DNA from: a virus | IMG/VR virus record: IMGVR_UViG_3300009435_000003 | DNA length: 57,115 nucleotides | Reading direction: 5' to 3' (one strand) | Part shown: positions 9,092-18,893 of the stretch, piece by piece | How the letters are laid out: each line of letters opens with the position of its first letter | Numbering within the stretch: position 1 is the stretch's first letter | Made by a program: the position numbers and the translations under genes | Notes under the pieces: generated by a model | Databases searched by the model: none | What the model saw: the letters and a program-made list of their open reading frames with translations, nothing else | Told to the model about the DNA's origin: nothing

Positions 9092-11537
9092 CTCCAAAAA
9101 TCTCGTTGATTACTTCTTGATTCATTCCATCCTGCTTACCCTCAAGCTCACCGCGATTGCCTTGGCGTTGAGAGATAAGCTTTGATTGCTCAACAGCTTG
9201 TTTCTCTACTCTTTTGTCCTTGCGGTCCTCTTTTAGGGTTTCAATCTTTTCTCTAAACTCCTTGTCGTCAGCTTTAAAACCGAGACTTGCTTGAGCTCTA
9301 ATCATCTCAAGTTCTTTTCTCATCTGGTGCAATGCAGCAGCAACCTGTACTTCGACCTGACCCTTGAGTTGAATCTTCTGTACCTCAACCTGAGCCTCTA
9401 CCTGCATTTTTTGCATTTCACTCTGGGCGGCCACCTGAGAAGCCTGTGCATTTGCTTGAGCCTGCGCCTGCATATTCTGCTGCTGTTGACGCTGAAGCAT
9501 CTGCATGCGCTTCTTTCTTTTTACAGCAAGCAGTCTTTGAGCTTGGTCAATATCCTTAACCTGTCTGATTGCCATAGCGTCTTCAAGGTCAATCTCTTTT
9601 TGCGCTAGAGTAGCTTGAACATTTTGCTCAAGGAAGATGCGGTCATCGTCAGACATTTCTTGGACGACCATAACACCAAAGTTATACATAGGTAGGTTCT
9701 CAAAACTCTGAAGTACACCCATGCTCTTTTCACCTACAGCTTTCTCATAGACCCTATACAGTACTGAGTCCGGTGGGATAACCTGCAAGCACTTTACAAT
9801 GTCTTCGCACACTCTACGGTACAAAACCATACCCGCGTTTGTAATGTCATACAGGGCATTGTTGCCTGCGGCAAGAGCCTGTTGCCTCACCCCAACCAAA
9901 GCATCACCCTTAGGTGTACTTGCATCCATCACCTCGTTGATTCCTGTCGCATCACGAATCATGCGTAAGTAGTGGTTGTATAGATTGATGTACTCGTTGA
10001 TGTTTCGAATGTTGTTTTCTATTGAGCGGATAGGAGGATTTTGAAACCCACCCTCTGGGTTCTTACTTCTATAGTAGAACACACCAGTCTGCTCGTAGAT
10101 GTCTTGAATCTCTAATGGCTGTAAATCACCACCTCGTCCAAGCTGTACATTCTCAAGCCCCTCAATATCAACCAAGATTCCGTCCGGCTTAGCCTTAGCT
10201 ACAGCTTGCTGAATCTTCAGGTGTGTTAGCTGTAGTTGGTCAGCGAATCCAATAACGCTTCCAACAATGGACTTAGGCCGCATGCGACGGATGTTTGTAC
10301 AGGCAACACTGTAAGAAAGCCTAGCCTTGGTAAGGTCGTGTACATTCTTGGGCACATTCTTCTTCATGCCGTATCCAAAAATCATGCTAGTCCCGACGAC
10401 GTAACACCCGCCGTAGATGGTTTGATTCTCCATCTTGTATGGCTGCCTGTCATACACAGAGCCAGCTGACTCCTTGTACTCACCACCCTTAAAGTAGAAA
10501 CCAGTATTCCCGAACTGGGACTCCTTGCTTTCGTAATACACGCAGTCAACAGACAGGAACTCAAAGTCCATGATGTCTATTAGATAGTCGTCGTATCCAT
10601 GGGTGTAGCCACCGGCTCCCCTATCGTAACTCTTTACACCAAACAGACTTTTATCGTTGTACTTCTTGCCCATTACCCCCTTGGCAATCTCCTCATACTG
10701 AGATTCAGTGAGCTCATCTCCAGCCATTCGCTTCAACTCCTGAATGCTAATTCTTTTAATGTGACCACCGTACACAATGTCAGACATCGTAGGGTCTTCT
10801 GTGTAGCTATGAAGGAATGTAGATGGGTCTACATACTTCGTGGTTATACCATAGTTGGGGTCGTTATCTCTTTTAATGACACCCATTCCACACACCACCA
10901 AATCCTCTACAGCTCTGCGATAAACTGTCTGGTCAAAGTCATTCCAATCCAACGTGAGTGAAGTAGCTAATTGAGCAGCAATCTCCGCATTCGTTTTCAT
11001 GTTTTGCTCCATGAATATCTCAGCCTCCTCTGTTGTATCCGGAAGGATGTCCGGGTCAATCTGAGGCTGAAGGCCCATTGCCTTTGCTTCCTTGAGAAGC
11101 TCTTTGTCCTCGATTGATGATTCGATAGCAGCGCGTGCCTCGTCCTTCTCACCCTTACTTACAGGGTCGATAGCATCAATAGACGGATAGGGCTTTCTAG
11201 ATAGAATCCTATTGACAACCACCTTGACAAACTTAGGCACGATAGGAACTGGGCTCCAGTCAAGATTAAGCAATGTCCCGTCTCCGTTGTTGGGGTCGAG
11301 TGCGTTTAGAATCTGCTTGTAAACAGAGCTATCTTGCGTGCCGTTTGCGTAGTCACGGTTCTTTTCAAAATCATGCAGGCGTTGCCGCAGTAAGGAACCC
11401 GAATTGTCGCTTTTCCCCCATTGACTCTCAATAGCTTTCGCATACTTTAATCCGTAAGAACGGTCTGATTTCTCTAGCGGTGACGCAAAGGGGTCAGGGA
11501 AATTACCGTACTTGTTATTTTTGCTCCCTTGGGTCAT
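9084..11537 (-). CDS. Portal protein (putative)
   Basis: 817 aa from the ATG (MTQGSKNN; track start 11564 is TTG). Lies directly downstream of TerL. C-terminal Gln/Ala-rich coiled coil. Confidence 0.65.
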   Translation of the reverse strand: MTQGSKNNKYGNFPDPFASPLEKSDRSYGLKYAKAIESQWGKSDNSGSLLRQRLHDFEKNRDYANGTQDSSVYKQILNALDPNNGDGTLLNLDWSPVPIVPKFVKVVVNRILSRKPYPSIDAIDPVSKGEKDEARAAIESSIEDKELLKEAKAMGLQPQIDPDILPDTTEEAEIFMEQNMKTNAEIAAQLATSLTLDWNDFDQTVYRRAVEDLVVCGMGVIKRDNDPNYGITTKYVDPSTFLHSYTEDPTMSDIVYGGHIKRISIQELKRMAGDELTESQYEEIAKGVMGKKYNDKSLFGVKSYDRGAGGYTHGYDDYLIDIMDFEFLSVDCVYYESKESQFGNTGFYFKGGEYKESAGSVYDRQPYKMENQTIYGGCYVVGTSMIFGYGMKKNVPKNVHDLTKARLSYSVACTNIRRMRPKSIVGSVIGFADQLQLTHLKIQQAVAKAKPDGILVDIEGLENVQLGRGGDLQPLEIQDIYEQTGVFYYRSKNPEGGFQNPPIRSIENNIRNINEYINLYNHYLRMIRDATGINEVMDASTPKGDALVGVRQQALAAGNNALYDITNAGMVLYRRVCEDIVKCLQVIPPDSVLYRVYEKAVGEKSMGVLQSFENLPMYNFGVMVVQEMSDDDRIFLEQNVQATLAQKEIDLEDAMAIRQVKDIDQAQRLLAVKRKKRMQMLQRQQQQNMQAQAQANAQASQVAAQSEMQKMQVEAQVEVQKIQLKGQVEVQVAAALHQMRKELEMIRAQASLGFKADDKEFREKIETLKEDRKDKRVEKQAVEQSKLISQRQGNRGELEGKQDGMNQEVINEIFGDE

Positions 11538-11561
11538 GAAATAATTTGTTGGACTCAAGTG

Positions 11562-11569
11562 CAAATATA
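11562..11569 (-). promoter_or_regulatory. Host-type -7 box TATATTTG upstream of portal
   Basis: + strand CAAATATA, 24 nt before ATG 11537. Confidence 0.45.
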
Positions 11570-11586
11570 GTGATATGCGGCAAGCC

Positions 11587-13701
11587 TTAGGTCAGCTTGT
11601 ATCTTCTGAAGAAAACCTTATCCTCAAGCTTAGGTACTGCTTTCTTTTGCTTTACTTTTTGAGCTGCTAAAAGAGCAAGACCAGAACTGATTGATAGGTC
11701 ATACTTCGTCCTCTTGTCAATCTTAAATCCAATCCAGTCTTCCAGAGTCCTATTGAAGTACATGCGCCCGGGTTCACCCATCTCATTCAAACCAACATAC
11801 TTGTGTATGTAGTCTTCTATCGCTGATGCGTGTGCTTGAATTACATCCTGTGAATTAGAGGGAATGCCCTTAGTCTTCACGTTTGCAGATGATGACGTTG
11901 ACCTTAGGTGTTCTGGCCTGTCCATCACATACCCATCGTAACCCCTTGCCTCAAAGTGTCTTACGATACCGTACTTGTTGTTCTCTATCAGTAGTGGGTA
12001 ACCGTAGAACACAGCAGCCATAAGCACATCCTCATAGAAGATTTTTGCCATAGGTGGGCGGCTTGCGTACTCAGCTACAAACATGTTACTGGCGGCATCC
12101 ATATTGAACTTGTTGTAGATGTGGCAAGCACCCTTAGATGACCTACTGTCTACTGTAGCGTCGAGGTCGTAAGAGTCAACCCCACCACAACCCATATCGC
12201 CATTTGGTGGAACCCTCCTGTTTCTGTCCATTGACATGGTGCTCCTCTTGCTTTGCTCTGGCATCCATGAAACATACCACCTTCCTTGATGGTTTGGTAG
12301 GAACACAACCTCAGTGTCAGGTACCCCACCCTTCCATTGGAAGTTTCCCCTTACCACTGGATTAGGATACAGCGAGTCGTTGTGTTCTACCTGCTCGTAA
12401 ATCTTTCCGATGTTAAACAGGCTACCCTCTACACTATCCCTGAAGGCCTCATCTGGAGTAAACGGAAACTGCCTAATGGTTTCATTCAACTCCTTAGCAT
12501 CATTCTTCAAAGCATCTCTTTCATTCTTTAGGAATGTCTTGGAGCCAAAAGTCATGAAGTCCCCATCGAGTGTTTTAATCTCGGAGTGTGGGTCTTCGAT
12601 AATCGGGTTTCCGTGCACATCAAAGAACCCCTCTAACGATTCGTATGCCGGGATAAAAAGCCTGTAAAGTCCAGAGGCAGTTCTACCATTAGCGTTCCTC
12701 TTTGCCGGGTCTGAGTCTTTCCAAATCTGCTTGTATTGAGAGCCACCCTTGTCCATCGGGTTAACGGTGCTACCGACAAGTGCCTTGCCGACAATACGAC
12801 GACCAACAATAAGACAAGTCCTTTCAATGCGCCAAGCCTCGCGGATGTCAGAAGGCTTCTCCCATTTGCCCGCCTCGTCCATATACAGCATGTGCAGCTT
12901 CTCACCGTCGTAAGCATTGTTGGTGGTGTTCTTCCAGTTAAGCACTGTATTGAGCGCGTCACCAACATACGATGTTTTGTTGTTCTTCGTTATCCTTTTA
13001 GATGGCTCCCGAAACGCAAGCTCCATACGGGGGTTTGTGGTACCGTCTTGAATTGGTTTGAAGAAGAAAGGGTAGTGCCGAAACATCGACACCACTTTTT
13101 TCATGAAGATGTTTTCCTGAGCATCCTTACCAGTCTTCGACTGTATGCCAAGAAGCTTGTCTTTAACCTGAGTAGCTTCGTCAAGAAGAACAGAAGAGCA
13201 GATATTAGTGTAACCAGAGCGGCGACACTTAGTGTAAAGCTGGCCAATACAGCGCGGGTCAGCTTCGCACGCAGCCATGTGAAGGAAAATGTCTCTTTGG
13301 AATCCCAGATATGAGGGGTAGCCAATGTCAATCTTCGTCCACTGGAGGAGCATGTAGTGCCGCCCCGTGATAAACGTAGGCTCACCCTTATTGTAAAACC
13401 AAAAACCTTCCCTGCGCCTTCTAAACTCTTCCTCGATAAATGGACGAAACTTTTCTCGAAACTCCTTGGGCGTTTCGGCCCACTCATCCATGCTTCGAAT
13501 ACGGGACAGTTCTGCTGGCATAGGTAGCCTTTCCCACATCTGCATACTTGCCTCCAGACCTTCTCCTTTGATTCCTTTTGTTGGAGCCTTAGGAAGACCA
13601 ATGAGAATCCCACTAAGCTCCACGACATCTCCGAGCGTACCGTTGGGACAAATCTTAACAATCGGTTCTTCATAATCATCTATTTTAAATAGGGCATCCA
13701 T
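11587..13701 (-). CDS. terL: Terminase large subunit
   Basis: 704 aa from the ATG (MDALFKI; track start is TTG). Walker-A-like CRRSGYT, Walker B LYMDEAGKW, nuclease Asp motif GGVDSYDLD. Confidence 0.75.
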   Translation of the reverse strand: MDALFKIDDYEEPIVKICPNGTLGDVVELSGILIGLPKAPTKGIKGEGLEASMQMWERLPMPAELSRIRSMDEWAETPKEFREKFRPFIEEEFRRRREGFWFYNKGEPTFITGRHYMLLQWTKIDIGYPSYLGFQRDIFLHMAACEADPRCIGQLYTKCRRSGYTNICSSVLLDEATQVKDKLLGIQSKTGKDAQENIFMKKVVSMFRHYPFFFKPIQDGTTNPRMELAFREPSKRITKNNKTSYVGDALNTVLNWKNTTNNAYDGEKLHMLYMDEAGKWEKPSDIREAWRIERTCLIVGRRIVGKALVGSTVNPMDKGGSQYKQIWKDSDPAKRNANGRTASGLYRLFIPAYESLEGFFDVHGNPIIEDPHSEIKTLDGDFMTFGSKTFLKNERDALKNDAKELNETIRQFPFTPDEAFRDSVEGSLFNIGKIYEQVEHNDSLYPNPVVRGNFQWKGGVPDTEVVFLPNHQGRWYVSWMPEQSKRSTMSMDRNRRVPPNGDMGCGGVDSYDLDATVDSRSSKGACHIYNKFNMDAASNMFVAEYASRPPMAKIFYEDVLMAAVFYGYPLLIENNKYGIVRHFEARGYDGYVMDRPEHLRSTSSSANVKTKGIPSNSQDVIQAHASAIEDYIHKYVGLNEMGEPGRMYFNRTLEDWIGFKIDKRTKYDLSISSGLALLAAQKVKQKKAVPKLEDKVFFRRYKLT

Positions 13702-13886
13702 TACATTACTTGACCCCAATGGTTAGACTTGAAACTCGGCATGCCTGACTTAGGCTCTTTTAATTCCATGTAAGCCTCACACTTATCGCACATCACATCG
13801 TGACGCGCCTTGCCCTCTATAATCCTAATCGAGGTGTTGGTTGCTTCCTGTTCGTGGCTACAATCGCTACAGATAAACTTTGCCAT
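13701..13886 (-). CDS. Zinc-ribbon protein
   Basis: 61 aa, CSDC...CDKC. TAATG junction with terL. Confidence 0.55.
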   Translation of the reverse strand: MAKFICSDCSHEQEATNTSIRIIEGKARHDVMCDKCEAYMELKEPKSGMPSFKSNHWGQVM

Positions 13887-13888
13887 AT

Positions 13889-14194
13889 CTACTTACTAAA
13901 TTTTTCAGCAAATCCGCCAGAGTAATCTTTTTCTTGCTCAATGCTTCCGTTTGACTTCAGGTCTTTTACCATCTGCTCAAGCCGCTGTCTCTCAACCAGC
14001 AACTCCTTGCAATCAATAGCTGTTTGTTTTATGGACTGTAGTTCGGCTTTACGCGCAGAACCACCGGCCTCAGGGTCAACAGGACGCTTGACCTCATCAA
14101 TCATGTTGTCTATAGCCAGCTCCATAGACTTCATTAGCCTTTGAGCGGCACCGATGGTTGTGAACTTACTTGACGACATAGAGGACATCATCAT
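13889..14194 (-). CDS. Hypothetical coiled-coil protein (position compatible with a small terminase; unproven)
   Basis: 101 aa, two genes upstream of terL, helical. Confidence 0.4.
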   Translation of the reverse strand: MMMSSMSSSKFTTIGAAQRLMKSMELAIDNMIDEVKRPVDPEAGGSARKAELQSIKQTAIDCKELLVERQRLEQMVKDLKSNGSIEQEKDYSGGFAEKFSK

Positions 14195-14747
14195 CTGTCA
14201 TGCGATACACAATGCTATCGTCATCCAGTTTCATTTTGTAATCGCGGTCTGGTAAGAAGCCAACCACGTCTCCTTTCCTTACACCTTGTTCGACCATCCG
14301 TTTCGATGGGGTAACGACCCGAGCCTCTACCTCTTTTTTCTCTTCATGAGAAACTATGATTACACCACCCTCGGTAACCTCCTCTTCGGTAGATGATTCT
14401 ATCGGCTCAAGAAAAACCCAATCAGCGAGCATGTGCAACTCACCATTTGAGTTTCGATACGCAATAGCGTGGCTACCCCTAGGGTTTGCGTAATTCAAGA
14501 CAGCCATGTACACGCCATCGTCTATCCGTAGGTTATCACTGATAGTTACATGATGGTGAAAGAACAGGGTGTCTCCTTTCTTTACTCCGGTCTCAAAAGA
14601 ATTAGGGGCGGACAGGACTTTCCCATGACAAACACGATGCTCAAATTCATTGAACCTTGTGTCGATGTAAAGCTCCTTGCCTCCTACCGTTACAGTGCCT
14701 GTAGTTTTCTCGGGCACCTCAACGAAGAAGTGTCTTAATGATTTCAT
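14166..14747 (-). CDS. Tandem GroES-like (co-chaperonin fold) protein, tentative
   Basis: 193 aa. Second half EGGVIIVSHEEKKEVEARVV..GVRKGDVVGF..DDDVLYVV fits the GroES pattern; first half fits more weakly. Confidence 0.35.
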   Translation of the reverse strand: MKSLRHFFVEVPEKTTGTVTVGGKELYIDTRFNEFEHRVCHGKVLSAPNSFETGVKKGDTLFFHHHVTISDNLRIDDGVYMAVLNYANPRGSHAIAYRNSNGELHMLADWVFLEPIESSTEEEVTEGGVIIVSHEEKKEVEARVVTPSKRMVEQGVRKGDVVGFLPDRDYKMKLDDDSIVYRMTDDDVLYVVK

Positions 14748-14980
14748 TCAAAATTACAATCGTACTCAATTAGAACAGGTTGGTTCTCAACCGTCTTCCA
14801 AATATACGTTGAATCTTCGTCCTCTAGGTAAACATGGTACCTTCTTACGTTGTACCTGTATAGTGCTGCATCGTCTTCTTTGATTGCACAAACCTTAGCT
14901 TGTCCAGCTTTCATCCCGACATAGTACGCCATTGCGTCCTTGGGGTTTGGCCCAACGACAATCTTTCTAATAAGTTGCAT
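14744..14980 (-). CDS. Hypothetical protein
   Basis: 78 aa, ATGA-coupled to the downstream gene. Confidence 0.5.
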   Translation of the reverse strand: MQLIRKIVVGPNPKDAMAYYVGMKAGQAKVCAIKEDDAALYRYNVRRYHVYLEDEDSTYIWKTVENQPVLIEYDCNFE

Positions 14981-14984
14981 GATT

Positions 14985-15272
14985 TTAGTTTAGGTAGAAA
15001 CCTAGAAAGCCGTCTTCATCTTCGTTTTCTTCAGCACCTTGAAAGGCTTGAAACTGAAGCGTCATGAACTCCTCAAACTCTCCTGAGTCCCTACAGTTAT
15101 TTCCGTAAGTCAAACTCCAACGATTCTCCTCTTCTCCTTCCTCTTCAAGAAAACCAAAAGCAGCAGTATATACCAAGTCTCCACAGTGATTGTACTTCTT
15201 GGTAATCTCCTCGATTCTCTCCATGACCTCTGAGACTTCAGAGAACATTGCTTTCTTTAGAATATCATCCAT
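14985..15272 (-). CDS. Acidic hypothetical protein
   Basis: Internal ATG (MDDILKK) 4 nt after the upstream stop; Glu/Asp-rich. Confidence 0.5.
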   Translation of the reverse strand: MDDILKKAMFSEVSEVMERIEEITKKYNHCGDLVYTAAFGFLEEEGEEENRWSLTYGNNCRDSGEFEEFMTLQFQAFQGAEENEDEDGFLGFYLN

Positions 15273-15276
15273 GGCA

Positions 15277-16134
15277 TTAAGTGATTGAGAAGATGGAACA
15301 GCTAGATGCGGCACCACTTGTTGTAAGGTTAGCATTTACAAGCCAGAACCCTGTATCAACAGCGATACACTCAATCACGTCTCCAATCTTTCCGCCTCTG
15401 GTTGCAGAATCACTATCTAGCGTAATCGTGTTGTTGGTACCGCTCTTGGCTTGGTTTTGAATAGCCCTAGAGCTGCCGTCACTTTTGTCAAGGGTGACCT
15501 TCCCGAAGAACTTATCACCACTAGCAGACTTGATTCTCATAGCAGTAGACTTCTCTGTTAAGACAACGAACTTTAGATTATCACCAGCAGCACTGATTGA
15601 AGGTAGGTTAATAGTACCACCGTTAATTGCGTTAATATCCAAGAGGTAAACGACACTACCGTCACTGGCTTGAATGCTACCGGTATTTGTAAGGGTAGAC
15701 ATGGTAGGAACAGCGGAGTCCGCAGCAATGGTAATCGTGTCTGTTGATGAGTTTCTAGAAAGAGTAATTCCACCTCCTGCATTGAACGTGACAGTCTTGC
15801 TTGAACCGGTAGACTGAGCTACGGTAATCTGTGGGCTGGCGGTTCCTGACGTGCTGGTCGTTACAGTTGAAGCCGAGGGGAATGCCCTCTTCTTAATTGT
15901 ACCATCACTAGCAATAATCAAAACATCTGTTTCGGTTCCGGTAGCCAAGCTGGTTGGTCCACTGCCAATCTTTAGTCCAGCAACTTTTACCTCCGTGGTA
16001 GAAAGCGAGAGTGCGGAAGAGTTTCCACTCCCATCTTCAATTACCTTTAGGCTGGATGTAAGGTTAGCGGCATCTGTTGTTTTCAGAAGCCCTTGATACG
16101 TTGACTTAATCCTATTTCCACTAAGTGTTCCCAT
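15277..16134 (-). CDS. Fiber-like structural protein
   Basis: 285 aa, Ser/Thr/Gly-rich; N-terminus GNRIKSTYQGLLKT. Confidence 0.45.
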   Translation of the reverse strand: MGTLSGNRIKSTYQGLLKTTDAANLTSSLKVIEDGSGNSSALSLSTTEVKVAGLKIGSGPTSLATGTETDVLIIASDGTIKKRAFPSASTVTTSTSGTASPQITVAQSTGSSKTVTFNAGGGITLSRNSSTDTITIAADSAVPTMSTLTNTGSIQASDGSVVYLLDINAINGGTINLPSISAAGDNLKFVVLTEKSTAMRIKSASGDKFFGKVTLDKSDGSSRAIQNQAKSGTNNTITLDSDSATRGGKIGDVIECIAVDTGFWLVNANLTTSGAASSCSIFSIT

Positions 16135-16150
16135 GCGATTAACTTTACAG

Positions 16151-16158
16151 CAAATATA
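16151..16158 (-). promoter_or_regulatory. Host-type -7 box TATATTTG
   Basis: + strand CAAATATA, 16 nt before ATG 16134. Confidence 0.45.
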
Positions 16159-16164
16159 CTACTA

Positions 16165-16599
16165 ATGAGTAGACACCATCCGTCGCGCAGAAGGCGTGAC
16201 TTTAGCAAATTGAATAAACGATATGTAAAGCGTAACGACCTAAAGAAACTATCGTTAGTACTAAGAGATGTAAAACTTAACTTCGATATAGGACTGGCCG
16301 AAGTTGAGACACTTTTGTTCTGTTACGACTACGAGTTCTTCACCATCAACCATCTCTCGAAAGCCATGGGCAAGAGCAGGAAGAAGCTGTATGAAAGGAC
16401 CGTGTTGCCCCTGAAGCAAAAAGGGTACATAGAAGTAATACATCATGGCAAGGAGGTTGATTCTTACGTCAATGCCCTATTCCATGAGAAGTCCGGTAAC
16501 GAGCATAGACTCGGTTTGTCTCAATCGGGACGCATGCTTGTGCAGCGAATATACAGAAAGCTAGATGGGGGTGAGCCTATTAATCTTGAGTCTTCTTGA
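16165..16599 (+). CDS. Winged-helix (MarR-like) DNA-binding protein, opposite-strand insert
   Basis: 144 aa with a basic N-terminus and an HTH-like stretch TINHLSKAMGKSRKKLYERTVLPLKQKGYIE. Tail-to-tail 20-nt overlap with its neighbour. Confidence 0.45.
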   Translation: MSRHHPSRRRRDFSKLNKRYVKRNDLKKLSLVLRDVKLNFDIGLAEVETLLFCYDYEFFTINHLSKAMGKSRKKLYERTVLPLKQKGYIEVIHHGKEVDSYVNALFHEKSGNEHRLGLSQSGRMLVQRIYRKLDGGEPINLESS

Positions 16600-17134
16600 G
16601 TGATGAGTCTGAATACTCGGACTCAAACTTCTCGTTGTAACCTAGAATCTTAGAGACGTAATCTCTTGTTTCTAAAGGAAGTCTTTTAATCCAGTCTAAG
16701 GAGTTGTAGATATCCACACCCTCGTCTCTAGCTTGATTCAATACACGAACTACGGCAGTGGGACCAAAGTTGTAGGCCGCAAGAGACTTGGCAATCTTAA
16801 CCTCATCTGAACCCTTGTTCCAACTTCTTTCCATCAACGACTCCATGTATGCACGTTGAGCCATACGGGAGTCTTTAGGATTAAAAGCGTCAAAGCCCTC
16901 AGGTATCATGCCTTTCTCCTTCATGTAACTTTCAGTGCCGGGCATAATCTGAGCTAGTCCACGAGCTCCCGCAGGTGACTCAGCTAAAGGATTAAACCTA
17001 GACTCCTTAAAGATTTGTCTTTCAAGAATGTCATCAAAACTCTTAGCACCAGACGGTGGCCAATCAACTGAACCGTCCTCTCTCATGCTTACTCTGGCTA
17101 CCCTTTGATTTTTTTTTTCTCGTTTTACAAGCAT
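16580..17134 (-). CDS. Lytic transglycosylase (SLT domain)
   Basis: FKESRFNPLAESPAGARGLAQIMPGT..AYNFGP is the classic SLT catalytic-Glu motif. ATG at 17134 (track start is GTG 17140). Confidence 0.8.
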   Translation of the reverse strand: MLVKREKKNQRVARVSMREDGSVDWPPSGAKSFDDILERQIFKESRFNPLAESPAGARGLAQIMPGTESYMKEKGMIPEGFDAFNPKDSRMAQRAYMESLMERSWNKGSDEVKIAKSLAAYNFGPTAVVRVLNQARDEGVDIYNSLDWIKRLPLETRDYVSKILGYNEKFESEYSDSSLKKTQD

Positions 17135-17146
17135 GGGCACAATATA
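17135..17146 (-). promoter_or_regulatory. -7 box variant TATATTGT + 4 nt + ATG
   Basis: + strand ACAATATA at 17139-17146. Confidence 0.4.
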
Positions 17147-17197
17147 CGGAATCTAATAGCGTTAAGGATGTAGACAAACCTTTAAACCCCTTCCATT

Positions 17198-17662
17198 ATG
17201 AAGAACATCATTTTAATTTTTGCCCTTGTCGCAAACGCAGCTTCGGCTCAGTACATGCATTTCAGAATCATACCTGACCATGACCACAACATGTTGTCAT
17301 CTTCTGACAACGATAGTGTGGAGTGGGTTGTATTCATCGACGACCTATACGAACCGTCCGAAACTCCAGACTTCAAACCGTTGCGCGAAGCGGAGTGTAT
17401 TTTTGATTCAGGCTCTACTGTCCTGAACTACAAAACGTACACACTCGGTACTCATCACCTGCTGCTACGCAATAAGATTAGTGGACAGAACATCGCATAC
17501 GCAGTCCTGCACATTGACTACAATGCCCGAGATTTTAGAATGAGCCGGGGAGGAGTGTTTACAATGTGGATTTTCGAGCACGATGACCCATACGCGGTGT
17601 ATGCACCTACACGGGAGAATGCGTGGGCTACCCCTTACTTTATTCCGGGGTTGCTGAATTAA
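17198..17662 (+). CDS. Secreted protein, unknown function, opposite-strand insert
   Basis: 154 aa with signal peptide MKNIILIFALVANAASA|Q. Confidence 0.55.
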   Translation: MKNIILIFALVANAASAQYMHFRIIPDHDHNMLSSSDNDSVEWVVFIDDLYEPSETPDFKPLREAECIFDSGSTVLNYKTYTLGTHHLLLRNKISGQNIAYAVLHIDYNARDFRMSRGGVFTMWIFEHDDPYAVYAPTRENAWATPYFIPGLLN

Positions 17663-18870
17663 AACTTTGCTTTAAGGTCCTTTCGGGTAAACAGTTTAGC
17701 AAGCTTAGTAGGATACTTTACAGTACCCCTGTCACCGAAATTTTCGGTTCGATTGAACAAGCCTCTGCTGACAGAAGTGACTCCGCGTTCACCCTCTTCT
17801 TTTGTAGGGGGAATCTCGGTGCCTCTGTTGGCACGCTTGTAAATCATTCCCCCGCCATCCATCTCATCTCGAATCAAACGACCCATCGAATCGTATCTAG
17901 GGCGGTTTTGCTGCCTTGCCTTCTGAGCTTGCTCTGCTCTTTGCAGTTGTTCTTGGGCTTCACGCTCATCCGTGTCTATGAAGTATTGGTCTACATTTCC
18001 ATAGTACTGACCTTTCTGTGAGGACTGCCCGGGGGCTGTATATCGAGGTCCGGTTTCCTGAGAGCCATTTTCATCCATGAACCTTTCTAGGAAATTGACC
18101 GCATCTTTATTAGGGGTGCCGCTCGCGCTTCCGCTCAGGTCAACCCCTTCGGCCTTGGCTAGTTCCAACATCTTAACGGCATCTTCATTCCTAACCGCTC
18201 TATTTCCAACAGAAACCATAAACCCTTTACGCTCGACCGGCCCCTTACCTACCTCGCTTCTCTGAGTAACCGAAGGGGGCGTGTGATAAGAAACACGAGG
18301 AACCGTTAGCTCCCCTAACATCAAAGCACCATGGAAATCACCAATCTTCTTGTCAGTCATGTATGTAGTAGCCACTGAAAGCTTCTCCGCATCTGACTTA
18401 CCCTCAAGACCTTGGAAGTTTTCGTTACCAGATTCAATCATTTGATTGATTGCATTGAGAGCTTGGTCTGGGTTTCTCTTCATGTATCCAACAACCTTAG
18501 CGGAGTACTTATTGTACTGCTGGTCAAGAGAGCCATCACCAGACAAATAGTCTTTACCGAAGTCAGACTTAACAAGAGTCTGCTTCATATCATCATCTAA
18601 GTCATCAAGGTTTCCTGAAGCGGGGAGTTGGAAGTTGTATGCGTCAATCTTACCGGGGGATTGCGCCTCCTGCATACCTTCGTTATTACGAAAGTTGGAA
18701 GTAATCGTTTCTTGAGTTACAGGGTTGTAAGGGCTTGCTGGAGTTTTCTTAGGGTCACCTTCACGCTCAATCCCAACGCCGTTCTCAGCGTAAGCCATCT
18801 TACCGCCAAAGGCCATTCTCAATCTGTCTACAGAGCTTCCGTAGCCATACTTTTTTCTTCCGTATTCCAT
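17659..18870 (-). CDS. Hypothetical protein
   Basis: 403 aa, own -7 box, no motif recognised. Confidence 0.6.
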   Translation of the reverse strand: MEYGRKKYGYGSSVDRLRMAFGGKMAYAENGVGIEREGDPKKTPASPYNPVTQETITSNFRNNEGMQEAQSPGKIDAYNFQLPASGNLDDLDDDMKQTLVKSDFGKDYLSGDGSLDQQYNKYSAKVVGYMKRNPDQALNAINQMIESGNENFQGLEGKSDAEKLSVATTYMTDKKIGDFHGALMLGELTVPRVSYHTPPSVTQRSEVGKGPVERKGFMVSVGNRAVRNEDAVKMLELAKAEGVDLSGSASGTPNKDAVNFLERFMDENGSQETGPRYTAPGQSSQKGQYYGNVDQYFIDTDEREAQEQLQRAEQAQKARQQNRPRYDSMGRLIRDEMDGGGMIYKRANRGTEIPPTKEEGERGVTSVSRGLFNRTENFGDRGTVKYPTKLAKLFTRKDLKAKF

Positions 18871-18882
18871 ACTGCAAATGTA
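18871..18882 (-). promoter_or_regulatory. -7 box TACATTTG + 4 nt + ATG
   Basis: + strand CAAATGTA at 18875-18882. Confidence 0.55.
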
Positions 18883-18893
18883 ATCTTAAGTTG

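Noticed and set aside
16165-16599. wHTH protein as a CI-type repressor indicating a temperate lifestyle
   Set aside because: No integrase, excisionase, ParAB or attachment-site features occur anywhere in the genome. A lytic lifestyle is more likely, and the regulator's role is unknown.
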